Shown here piece after piece: positions 56,088 through 64,000 of a stretch of 64,000 bases of DNA. How positions within the stretch are numbered: position 1 is the stretch's first letter; each line of letters opens with the position of its first letter. A model generated the notes under the pieces. It was given only the letters and a program-made list of their open reading frames with translations, was not told where the DNA came from and did no database searches. Source of the DNA: Terriglobia bacterium (GTDB lineage Bacteria > Acidobacteriota > Terriglobia > 20CM-2-55-15); contig CBDAOY010000009.1 in assembly GCA_965198225.1 (NCBI GenBank), positions 384,001-448,000 of the forward strand. The letters are read 5' to 3'. The position numbers and the translations under genes were made by a program.

Positions 56088-57320
56088 TCAGGCGGAACCT
56101 GTGACGGTATTTCGCAGAACGTCGAAGGCCACTCGCGGCGCGGAAAGAACCAATTTCTTCTTGAGTCCAGCATAGGACTGCTCTCCGGCGATCAAGTCCC
56201 CGAGGATCGTTCGCAAGGTCGGGCTTCTTCCGGCGAACTGAACCATTCGTTTCCTGAAATTCCCGGCCATGAATCGGCCCCGGTAGAATCGCGAGTACAT
56301 CCTCGATGCTCGCGCCAGCTCCCCGACGCAATCAGATTGCAGAATCTCGGCATACTTGCCGGTGTCTGGAAAGGTGTCGGCGAGCAGTTCGGCCGAGCGG
56401 AGCGCGTAGCGAATTCCCTCACCGGTGATCGGGTCCACCAGTCCGGCGGCATCGCCGAGCAACGCCCAACCCGGACCGCCCACCGTGTTAGAGGCCCACG
56501 ATCCCGGACCTAAACAGGGTACGGGCGCACCCGGACCGCCCACCGTGTTAGAGGCCCACGATCCCGGACCTAAACAGGGTACGGGCGCACTGTAGAATTT
56601 GGCTTGTTCGACCACTTCGGCACCCAGATCTGCTTCGATGAAGTTTCCGAGAAGGGATTTCGCGCGCGAGGTCCATCCCGGATCGGGGCGGGTGATCAGT
56701 CCGTAGGAGATGTGGTCGGGTCTCGGAAACGACCAGATGTAGCCGGCCATCGAAGGGAGAAAGAAAATCTTCATGGTGGAGCTGGTCTCTCCGGGAATGA
56801 AATAGCCGAGGGTCACGCTGAGGTCGTTGCTCGAGATTGGAGTCGAAACACTGCGCCGAACGAGACTTGTGGCGCCGTCGGCGCCGACAAGGAAATCGGC
56901 CTGCAAGCTTTTGTTGCTTGTCTCGACGGACCAGCCCTTATCCGTGCGTGCGAGGCGACCGGCGCGCGCCTGGAGAAACTCGGCGCCGGCGCTGCGCGCC
57001 GCGGCCAGAAGGCGGATGCCGAGCTGTTTCCGCGATGCCACCGCGAGAGGAACGGAGGGCGCCAGCACGACCCCCGCGTGATCGCCGAAATGAACCGAGA
57101 TGCGGTCGATTTTCTGGAGTTCAAGGCCGGAAGCAGGACCGTTGGCGAGCTCCAGGGCTCTGGAGGTCAATCCGCCGCCGCAGGGCTTTTCCCATGGCCC
57201 CCGGGAGTCGACCAGCGTCACCCGATGTCCCCGGCGGGCGAGCAATTCTGAGACTCGGCAACCGGCGGGGCCGCCGCCGATAACGACAATGTGCATGAAG
57301 GATCGTGTACTTCTGTTCAA
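56088..57320 (-). CDS. Geranylgeranyl-reductase-family FAD oxidoreductase (with 20-aa internal duplication)
   Basis: IGGGPAG, KPCGGG, GADG, GYIWSFP, GDAAGLVDPITGEGI. Confidence 0.88.
   Translation of the reverse strand: MNRSTRSFMHIVVIGGGPAGCRVSELLARRGHRVTLVDSRGPWEKPCGGGLTSRALELANGPASGLELQKIDRISVHFGDHAGVVLAPSVPLAVASRKQLGIRLLAAARSAGAEFLQARAGRLARTDKGWSVETSNKSLQADFLVGADGATSLVRRSVSTPISSNDLSVTLGYFIPGETSSTMKIFFLPSMAGYIWSFPRPDHISYGLITRPDPGWTSRAKSLLGNFIEADLGAEVVEQAKFYSAPVPCLGPGSWASNTVGGPGAPVPCLGPGSWASNTVGGPGWALLGDAAGLVDPITGEGIRYALRSAELLADTFPDTGKYAEILQSDCVGELARASRMYSRFYRGRFMAGNFRKRMVQFAGRSPTLRTILGDLIAGEQSYAGLKKKLVLSAPRVAFDVLRNTVTGSA
56469..56590. repeat. Perfect 60-bp in-frame tandem duplication
   Basis: 56471-56530 is identical to 56531-56590. 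Confidence 0.95.
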
Positions 57321-57472
57321 TTTGGCCGTCTATTCTATCATGGCGCAATTCCCATAAATGTCTTTAACGACAGGGGTTGAGGGCTATTTCGGCCCCGCGA
57401 TATGATTCAAGAGCTGGGAAAAAGGCTAAATCCCCGCCGCTTGGGAGGCGATACAGCGGATAGGAGATTCCG

Positions 57473-58006
57473 ATGATCCAGCCAAGCCACAGCGATGTCG
57501 GTCCGAACCACCCGATCCGGCCGCTCTTCCGCGCCTTGACAGAACGCGGGATGGCACAGACGAGAGTTAGCGACGAAGGAACCGTTGGCTACATCAGCAA
57601 CCTGCTGACGGAATTCGTCCGCACCGAAGACATGTATCGGGTTCGGGATGACCAGGGGCAGCTGGAATATCTGGCCGATCTGGTTTCCGTCGCCGACGAG
57701 GCCGCCGACGCCGATATCCGTCGTGATCATTACAAACACCTGGGCGACCTGACGCTGTTCATGCTGGGATTGTTTTCCGAGAGGCTGAGCCGGCCGCGCC
57801 GCGCCGACAACGCCAGCTACTACGCTGAGCAAGGACGGCGTTCCTACAGCATCGTGGCCGACCTGGAGTGGAGCCGCTCCGACCCCGCGGTCTACCGCAA
57901 GCTGTCCGACCAGTTCGAGCTGTATGTTCTGGGGCTGAACTGGGTGAAGCTCTACATCAACGATCCCTTCTTCCAGTACATGTTCCGGGAATTCGGAGTT
58001 TCCTGA
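57473..58006 (+). CDS. Hypothetical protein
   Basis: GGAG SD, host-like codon use, YISNLL and HLGDLTLFMLGLF.ERL. No function recognised. Confidence 0.7.
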   Translation: MIQPSHSDVGPNHPIRPLFRALTERGMAQTRVSDEGTVGYISNLLTEFVRTEDMYRVRDDQGQLEYLADLVSVADEAADADIRRDHYKHLGDLTLFMLGLFSERLSRPRRADNASYYAEQGRRSYSIVADLEWSRSDPAVYRKLSDQFELYVLGLNWVKLYINDPFFQYMFREFGVS

Positions 58007-58012
58007 TCGCGT

Positions 58013-58143
58013 TCAGCTTTCTGCTTTCAGCGATCAGCCCAATCGGAGGGGACTAATGGCCTGTAACGGCAGTACAAGGCTGAACGAACCGCGAGGGGTG
58101 ACGGCGCCGAAGGCAGCGTGCTGAGAGCTGAATGCTGAGCGCT
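58013..58143. repeat. Inverted pair of heptamer tandem repeats enclosing a lone MITE-type TIR
   Basis: TCAGCTT/TCTGCTT/TCAGCGA/TCAGC versus GCTGAGA/GCTGAAT/GCTGAGC. CTAATGGCCTGTAACGG lies at 58053-58069. Confidence 0.6.
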
Positions 58144-58174
58144 AGGTCAAAACCCTGCTAGAATATCGGCCGCC

Positions 58175-59020
58175 GTGGGGAAGACTAAAATCTCGGTCGT
58201 CGACTACGTCAACTCGGTGCCCCTCGCCTGGGGCATTCTCGAAGGCCAGCAGAAGGACGCATTCGATCCCGTCTTTTCGACGCCCGCCGAATGTGCCGAC
58301 CAACTGGCGGCCGGCAGTGTCGACATCGGCCTGATTCCGTCCATTGAATACCAGCGAATTCCCGACTGCCGGATCATCCCGGGGCCGGCAATCGGCTCTC
58401 TAAATCGAGTGCGGAGCGTAATGCTCCTGAGCATCGTTCCCCTGTTTCGGATCCGCTCTGTAGCGTATGACAGCGCCTCTCGAGCTTCAGTCGCGCTGAC
58501 AAAGATCATCCTGAATAAGTTCTATCGGGCGAAGCCGGAATTCCGTCCTGCGGAGCCTGATCCGGCCCGCATGCTCGCCGACAGTGACGCGGCGCTGCTG
58601 ATCGGCGACGCGGCACTCCGCTACCGAGCCGCGAACATGCTGCCGCGTGCCGAGAATCAGGCGGAGCTCATACGCGAGGGAGCCGAGCCCGTCCAGGTAT
58701 TTGACCTGATGGAACGATGGAACAACCTGACAGGCCTGCCGTTCGTGTTTGCCTTTTGGGCGGCTCGCAAGAGCTTTGGCGACCGGTCCGTGGTCGAGCA
58801 GCTTGTGGCGTCCCGCGATTTCGGACTCGCGAACCTGGACACCATCGCCGAACGCCACGCCGAGCAATCAGGGCTGGAGCAGGACTACGTCCTGCAGTAC
58901 CTCAAGAAGAACGTGTATTATCATATGGATAAGGATTGCGTCGAAGCGCTCCAGCTATTCTATGAGCTGGCAGCCGAAGTCGGAGCGGCCAAATCCCCCC
59001 GGGGCATCCAGTTCCTATGA
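58175..59020 (+). CDS. mqnA: Chorismate dehydratase (futalosine pathway)
   Basis: YVNSVPL, LIPSIEY, VRSV, LLIGDAAL, TGLPFVFAFW; adjacent to mqnC. Confidence 0.88.
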   Translation: MGKTKISVVDYVNSVPLAWGILEGQQKDAFDPVFSTPAECADQLAAGSVDIGLIPSIEYQRIPDCRIIPGPAIGSLNRVRSVMLLSIVPLFRIRSVAYDSASRASVALTKIILNKFYRAKPEFRPAEPDPARMLADSDAALLIGDAALRYRAANMLPRAENQAELIREGAEPVQVFDLMERWNNLTGLPFVFAFWAARKSFGDRSVVEQLVASRDFGLANLDTIAERHAEQSGLEQDYVLQYLKKNVYYHMDKDCVEALQLFYELAAEVGAAKSPRGIQFL

Positions 59021-60093
59021 GAAGCACTGCAGAAATCCTCGAAGGAGCCTTCGAAGGTGTTCGCGTCAGCGACCTCGATGCCGTTCGGCTCTTTGAGGAA
59101 GCCGACTTGCTGGACCTGGCGTCGGTCGCCGATCGTATTCGCGAACGCCGACACCCTGACGGCGTCATCAGCTACATCATCGACCGGAACATCAACTACA
59201 CGAACGTCTGCAACGAGTTGTGCAGCTTTTGCGCGTTCTACCGGGTCAAGGGTGACCCCGAAGCCTACGTCCTGCCGAACGACCTGATATACCAGAAGAT
59301 TCAAGAAACCGTCGACCGTGGCGGAACCGGGATCCTGATGCAGGGGGGCGTGAACCCGGACCTCGGGATCGAGTACTACGAAGAGTTGCTCAGTGGGATG
59401 CGGGAGCGCTTTCCCGATGTTCGGCGACACTGCTTTTCACCGCCGGAGATCCTCAACATCGCTCGAGTGGGAAGCCTGAGCCTCGCTGAAACCTTCCGCC
59501 GCCTGAAGGCGGCCGGCCTGGACTCGATGCCGGGAGGCGGAGGCGAGATCCTGGACGACGAGATCCGGCAGGACATCAGTCCGCTCAAGTGCACGACCGA
59601 GCAGTGGCTGATGGTCCACCGCGTGGCCCACGCCGAAGGGCTTCGGACGACGGCCACGATGATGATCGGCGTCGGGGAGCGGCTCGAGCACCGCATCCGC
59701 CATCTTCAGCGGCTGCGCGATCTTCAGGATGAAACGGGGGGCTTCACCGCGTTTATCCCGTGGACTTTCCAGAAGGAGAACACTCCCCTGGGCGAGCGGG
59801 ACCTCCCGGAGGTTACGGCGGCGGAGTACCTGCGCCTGCTGGCTCTGTGCCGCATCTTCCTCGACAACATCGACAACCTTCAGGTCTCCTGGCTGACAAT
59901 GGGCCTCAAGCTCGGCGCGGTTGCCCTGCGTTTCGGTGTGAACGATATGGGCAGCATCATGATCGAGGAGAACGTAATCAGCGCTGCCGGCGCCGACCAC
60001 TGGGCCACCGATGACACTCTCCGCCACGTCATTTCCGACGCCGGCTTTACTCCTCGCCAGAGAACAACCCTTTACGAAGAATACGTGAGCTAG
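59017..60093 (+). CDS. mqnC: Cyclic dehypoxanthine futalosine synthase (radical SAM)
   Basis: DRNINYTNVCNELCSFCAF, MQGG, PGGGGEIL, GFTAFIPWTFQ, MIEENV. Confidence 0.88.
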   Translation: MRSTAEILEGAFEGVRVSDLDAVRLFEEADLLDLASVADRIRERRHPDGVISYIIDRNINYTNVCNELCSFCAFYRVKGDPEAYVLPNDLIYQKIQETVDRGGTGILMQGGVNPDLGIEYYEELLSGMRERFPDVRRHCFSPPEILNIARVGSLSLAETFRRLKAAGLDSMPGGGGEILDDEIRQDISPLKCTTEQWLMVHRVAHAEGLRTTATMMIGVGERLEHRIRHLQRLRDLQDETGGFTAFIPWTFQKENTPLGERDLPEVTAAEYLRLLALCRIFLDNIDNLQVSWLTMGLKLGAVALRFGVNDMGSIMIEENVISAAGADHWATDDTLRHVISDAGFTPRQRTTLYEEYVS

Positions 60094-60215
60094 CCAGGAC
60101 CGTGCGGGAAATGGGGCTGTCTTGGCGTGTTTCGGCATTTTTGCCCAACGGCAAGAATCCCAGCGCCAGGACGTTACCAATGGCCTCCGCGCTCGGGGGT
60201 CGCCCGTCGGGAGTC

Positions 60216-60385
60216 TAGTGGCCTGTAACGGAGATATCGGCGCCCGTCGGGTTGCGGCGGAACGGTCGGGTCTTCGTTGCCGCGACCATTTATTGTAAGA
60301 CCCGCCTGTCCCGGGTCGTCGACTCCTAGAATCCGGTGCCGTTCCACGGCAACGCTGGTACCGATATCTCCGTTACAGGCCACTA
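60216..60385. mobile_element. MITE-like element (170 bp)
   Basis: Perfect 25-bp TIR TAGTGGCCTGTAACGGAGATATCGG. Confidence 0.88.
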
Positions 60386-60386
60386 C

Positions 60387-61354
60387 CTAGGCCTTCCTGC
60401 CGAGCGTGTCGAACGGTTGCCATTCGGTTCCGCGCTTCGGCGCGATCAATTCCTCGAGCGGCTCAGAAGCCTTTTCGATGACGACGACGTAGGGGTAAAA
60501 GTGCATCGATTTGATCGACGCCTGAAAGCTTGTGGGCGGTAGGGCCGGTTTCGACCCGGTCGTGTCCATCGCGTTCAGGTTGTCGGCCAGCCCGCGGGCG
60601 TAGGCCGCGAAACCGTTGTGGAGGCCGTGGACATCTTCGCAGAGGTACACGCCGCCGGGGCGAAGATGCGGCACGGTACTGTAGGCCTAATGACCTAAAA
60701 ACGTTCTGCCGCGCAGACATCCTAGTGGCCTGTAACGGAGATATCGGCGCCCGTCGGGTTGCGTCGTAGAACGGTCCGGTGCTTCGTTGCCGCGAGTTCT
60801 TCCATCGTCGCAATCTGCTGGTCGGCGTGGTGGCCGCCGTCGTCGATGATGATGTCCAGGCCGTGGACATCCCGCTTGAAAGAGCGCCAGAAGCTCCGAT
60901 CCGCCTGATCGCCGACAAAGACGCGCGTGTATTCATTCTCGTACGCTTTGCAGGCGCTCTCGATGTCGACCCCGTAGATGCGACAATCCGGGCCGAAATA
61001 GTGGCGCCACATCTCGAGGCTGCCGCCGCTGTAAATGCCGATTTCGACGATCCGCACCTCATGCCCGACGAACTTGCGGAAATGACGGTCGTAGATTTCG
61101 AAATAATGATTCCATTTCCAGATGCCCCGGCCCTCTCGATGGGCATCGAAATAGGCCTGGAGCGGGTTCGGGGACGCTTCTTCGGCGGACGAAGCCAGGA
61201 TTCGCGCTGCGGGGTCCATCGACCAGGTTTGCGAATACCGGAAGCCCTCCATGGTACGGCGCAAATGTCGCAGGAGCCGGAGGGTCAGGCCGAGCGGATG
61301 CGTGAGCACCCGTGACAGGTCAGCGACCGCGCTCAGTTTACTCCGTGCCGACAT
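60387..61354 (-). pseudogene. Class I SAM-dependent methyltransferase interrupted by a 119-bp insert
   Basis: WKWNHYFEIY, VEIGIYSGGS, GVDI, IIIDDGGH...MEEL | VPHLRPGGVYLCEDVH. The two halves join in frame if 60675-60793 is removed. Confidence 0.85.
60675..60793. mobile_element. Insert carrying one end of the 60216-type MITE plus about 47 bp of unrelated DNA
   Basis: 60723-60793 matches the left part of the 60216 element (same 25-bp TIR, a few internal differences). There is no second TIR. Confidence 0.75.
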
Positions 61355-61447
61355 TGTCCTGTTGTGCGACCGATTGGCGCGGCCGCTTGATCCCTCCGAA
61401 TCAGTTCATGCCTACCGTTTCGGTGGTGGGGTCTTCTAACGACCCCA

Positions 61448-61810
61448 CTACCTCCGTTTCGCATACGTGTCGGCGCCCATGAAATGGAGCGAGACGTAAG
61501 GCTCGTCCCCGACCACCCAGCTGTCGTGCGGCTCCGGGGGTATGTAAAAGAGAGTCCCCGGTTCCAGCTCTACGACGTGTCCGTCCTCGAAGACCGCGGT
61601 AGCTGTTCCGGTTAAGACCAGGCCGACATGCTCGACCTCGCAGAAGCGTGCTCCGGCCGAGGGACCGACGTCGACGGACCACTTCCAACCAGGCTCATAG
61701 GTGGCGCGCCCGAGGGTGAGGCCGCCGATCTCGACGACCTCGAACTTACCCTTCTCGAAGACCTCAACCCGGTCGGGCCGTTCGAATTTCTTGAGAATCA
61801 CGTTTATCAT
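61448..61810 (-). CDS. Cupin domain protein
   Basis: GRATYEPGWKWS, CEVEHVG, IPPEPHDSWVVG. Confidence 0.8.
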   Translation of the reverse strand: MINVILKKFERPDRVEVFEKGKFEVVEIGGLTLGRATYEPGWKWSVDVGPSAGARFCEVEHVGLVLTGTATAVFEDGHVVELEPGTLFYIPPEPHDSWVVGDEPYVSLHFMGADTYAKRR

Positions 61811-61954
61811 GAGCCCTCTGCCTGCTCCGGAAAATGAAATGCTGCACACGCAAACCCGCAGTTGCCGGGGTGAGGGTTACGATACTCACAGGGTTCGGCC
61901 GCATCAGGTCCATGCGATTGTGTGCCGTCGGCTTTACGCGGCGGCGGACGGTAG

Positions 61955-62695
61955 CTACGCGGACTCTTGAGCTAGCGTGCTGAGGATGTAACCGAGAAAG
62001 AGCGTTCCGTTGTAGGCCGTGTGGACCACGACGCAGGGGATCATCGACCCGGTCCGCTCACGCATTTCTGAAAGGATGTATCCCACCCCGAACAGGACGA
62101 GCATACCGGGCCAATTACCCCAGAGCTGCGGCACGTGCATCATGGCGAACATCAGCGCGGTGGCGCGGACGGCCACCGAACCGCTGAACAGGTCCTCGAT
62201 CACACGAAACAGGTATCCCCGGAACATCATTTCTTCCAGGAAGGGTGCGACTGCAATCCCGAAGACGCCAAACAGCGCAATCGCGACCGGTGTGTTGAGC
62301 ATCCGTTCGATCGGGGGGCTGCTCGGAGGAAACAGGCTCGAAACGATCATCACCGAGACGGCGAGGCCCGCGCCCAGCGCAAGCAACGTGCCGTTTTTCG
62401 TCTCGTAGTTCCGCGACCAGCGCATCTCCTCGAAAAAGGGCAACCGGTAAGCGAAATGAACGATGAAGGCTGCCATGCCGATCAGGGGAATTTCTACCAG
62501 CAGCGTCCCGGTCAACGCCCGCAACGCGATCGCGCTCTCCCCCCGGAACGGGATGAGGCTGACGATCGGCTGTACAACGATGGCGAGCAGGAAAAATGCC
62601 AGTATGAAATAGGAAAGGTCGCGCCCACGCCAGCGGTGACGCGGATGGGGCGTCTCCCAGTCCGGGGTCGTGGTTCGGGCAGCGTTCCCGCTCAC
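61955..62695 (-). CDS. CPBP (CAAX/Abi) family intramembrane metalloprotease
   Basis: PFLEEMMFRG, FAMMH, HTAYN. Confidence 0.85.
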   Translation of the reverse strand: MSGNAARTTTPDWETPHPRHRWRGRDLSYFILAFFLLAIVVQPIVSLIPFRGESAIALRALTGTLLVEIPLIGMAAFIVHFAYRLPFFEEMRWSRNYETKNGTLLALGAGLAVSVMIVSSLFPPSSPPIERMLNTPVAIALFGVFGIAVAPFLEEMMFRGYLFRVIEDLFSGSVAVRATALMFAMMHVPQLWGNWPGMLVLFGVGYILSEMRERTGSMIPCVVVHTAYNGTLFLGYILSTLAQESA

Positions 62696-63678
62696 GCCCT
62701 GCCTCTATCCTGATCCGACTGCTTCAGGGCGGCGGCGATTAACGGAAGCATGATCTCGTGATGCCCGGTCAGGGCGATCGCCTGCCCGCCTTTGCGGGTG
62801 GGCCGCAGCAGGACGTTCTGAGTCGGGCGATAGTGTTGGATGAAGTCAACGTTGGCGGTCGTAAAATCGGTCAGCGGATCACCGAGATTGCGCACGACCG
62901 ACACCGCCTTGAGGAACACTTCCGGCAGGATCACTGCCGATCCCAAATTGATATAGACGCCGCCCCTGTGGAGTTGTCGGGTCACGCTGCAGAGCAGCTT
63001 GAAATCCCGCATCGTGCCCTCACCCAGCTTCTCGCCCGAGGCGGACGGGTGGATGTGGGTGATGTCGGTTCCGATGGCCAGGTGGATCGTAACCGGGATC
63101 GAAGCGATGTAGGCTTCCCGCAGGAGGCTCAGATGGGCGTGCTGGAACCCGATCGCCTCCGCGTTGGCGTCGACGAAACGCCCGAGGCTTTCGCCCAGGC
63201 CGATCCCGTCGCCAACCCCTGCGTTGATCGCCGCGTTCATGTATTCCCCGGTTTCCTGTGCCATCCCGAACCGGCCCGAGCCGAGTTCGTTCTCCACCTC
63301 CTCGGAGGTCGAGCCGTTCAACGCAACCTCGAAGTCGTGAATCGCAGCGGCCCCGTTCATCGCGATGGCGGTGATGAACCCGTCCCGCATCAAGTCGATC
63401 ACGATTGGACTCAGGCCGCACTTGATGACGTGCCCGCCCATACCCCAGATGATGGCTCGGTCCGAAGCGCGCGCGTCCCGCAGGGCTGCGATCAGTTTTC
63501 GAAGGTCTTCCGCCGCCAGGATTCTCGGGAGTTTGCCGATCAAATCGCCGATGTCGTCGGCAGCGTCGGCGGGCTGTCCGAACAGGCTGACGTCTACTTT
63601 ACTCGTCCGGTCTTTGAGCGGGTAAGTCGAGATGCCCTCGAAGTCGAGCGGGCGGATTGGGTATTTCGATTCAGGCAT
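62692..63678 (-). CDS. Deoxyhypusine-synthase-like conserved protein
   Basis: GGHVIKCGL, AMNGAAAIHD, GSAVILPEVFLKA, GHHEIMLP. Confidence 0.6.
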   Translation of the reverse strand: MPESKYPIRPLDFEGISTYPLKDRTSKVDVSLFGQPADAADDIGDLIGKLPRILAAEDLRKLIAALRDARASDRAIIWGMGGHVIKCGLSPIVIDLMRDGFITAIAMNGAAAIHDFEVALNGSTSEEVENELGSGRFGMAQETGEYMNAAINAGVGDGIGLGESLGRFVDANAEAIGFQHAHLSLLREAYIASIPVTIHLAIGTDITHIHPSASGEKLGEGTMRDFKLLCSVTRQLHRGGVYINLGSAVILPEVFLKAVSVVRNLGDPLTDFTTANVDFIQHYRPTQNVLLRPTRKGGQAIALTGHHEIMLPLIAAALKQSDQDRGRA

Positions 63679-64000
63679 TGGGGTAGGCGTCCGGAAACAT
63701 CTGCCGGTCGATCAGTTCACAGAGGACATGACCAAGCAGGATGTGCGTCTCCTGGATGCGTGGTGTCGTCCGGCACGGAACTCGGAACAGGACCTCGACA
63801 CGACCTTCCATGCCACCACCCGTTTCTCCCGTGAACCCGATAGTGTAAAGACCCCTCTCCCGAGCCACTTCGATTCCGGCGAGGACGTTCGGCGAGTTGC
63901 CGCTGGTCGAGATCGCGACGGCCGTGTCGCCGGGCTTTCCATGAGCCTGGAGCTGCCGGGCGAAAATCTGGTCATAACCATAGTCGTTGCCGAGCGCGGT
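63671..64000 (-). CDS. gmhA: Phosphoheptose isomerase (5'-partial)
   Basis: Frame open to the window end: TALGNDYGYDQIFARQ, ISTSGNSPN, RIQETH. Confidence 0.9.
   Translation of the reverse strand, partial: TALGNDYGYDQIFARQLQAHGKPGDTAVAISTSGNSPNVLAGIEVARERGLYTIGFTGETGGGMEGRVEVLFRVPCRTTPRIQETHILLGHVLCELIDRQMFPDAYPNA

Overview
GC-rich bacterial chromosome segment spanning the replication origin. Gene order (rpmH-dnaA-dnaN-gyrB-gyrA without recF; split atp operon; futalosine mqnA/mqnC) is compatible with Acidobacteriota, which is an inference. The core block (about 29-53 kb) contains atpF'FHAGDC, a selenocysteine-containing selD whose UGA-read-through N-terminus is missing from the ORF track, a bactofilin, parB/parA with a perfect parS, rsmG, mnmG, mnmE, yidC, yidD, rnpA, rpmH, dnaA with DnaA-box clusters on both sides, dnaN and gyrBA. 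The flanks are accessory. They include a degenerate GGDEF protein, a 1681-aa pseudokinase-STAND NTPase-TPR-GAF-sigma54 activator, ABC modules, M16 peptidases, a chelatase-like AAA/VWA pair, hydrolases and mqnA/mqnC. The most notable non-gene signals are five. (1) A family of short non-autonomous TIR elements sits at (C)TAG sites at or beside stop codons and shares an internal core and long hairpin. (2) A 119-bp piece containing half of such an element interrupts a methyltransferase precisely between two codons. (3) A stand-alone candidate sRNA of about 100 nt has its own sigma70 promoter and terminator at 18.77-18.87 kb. (4) A 19-bp perfect direct repeat lies inside oriC. (5) Several accessory genes carry lesions (frameshift, deletion, 60-bp duplication). 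No rRNA, tRNA, CRISPR array or transposase was recognised. All calls were made by eye from motifs; no database search was run.
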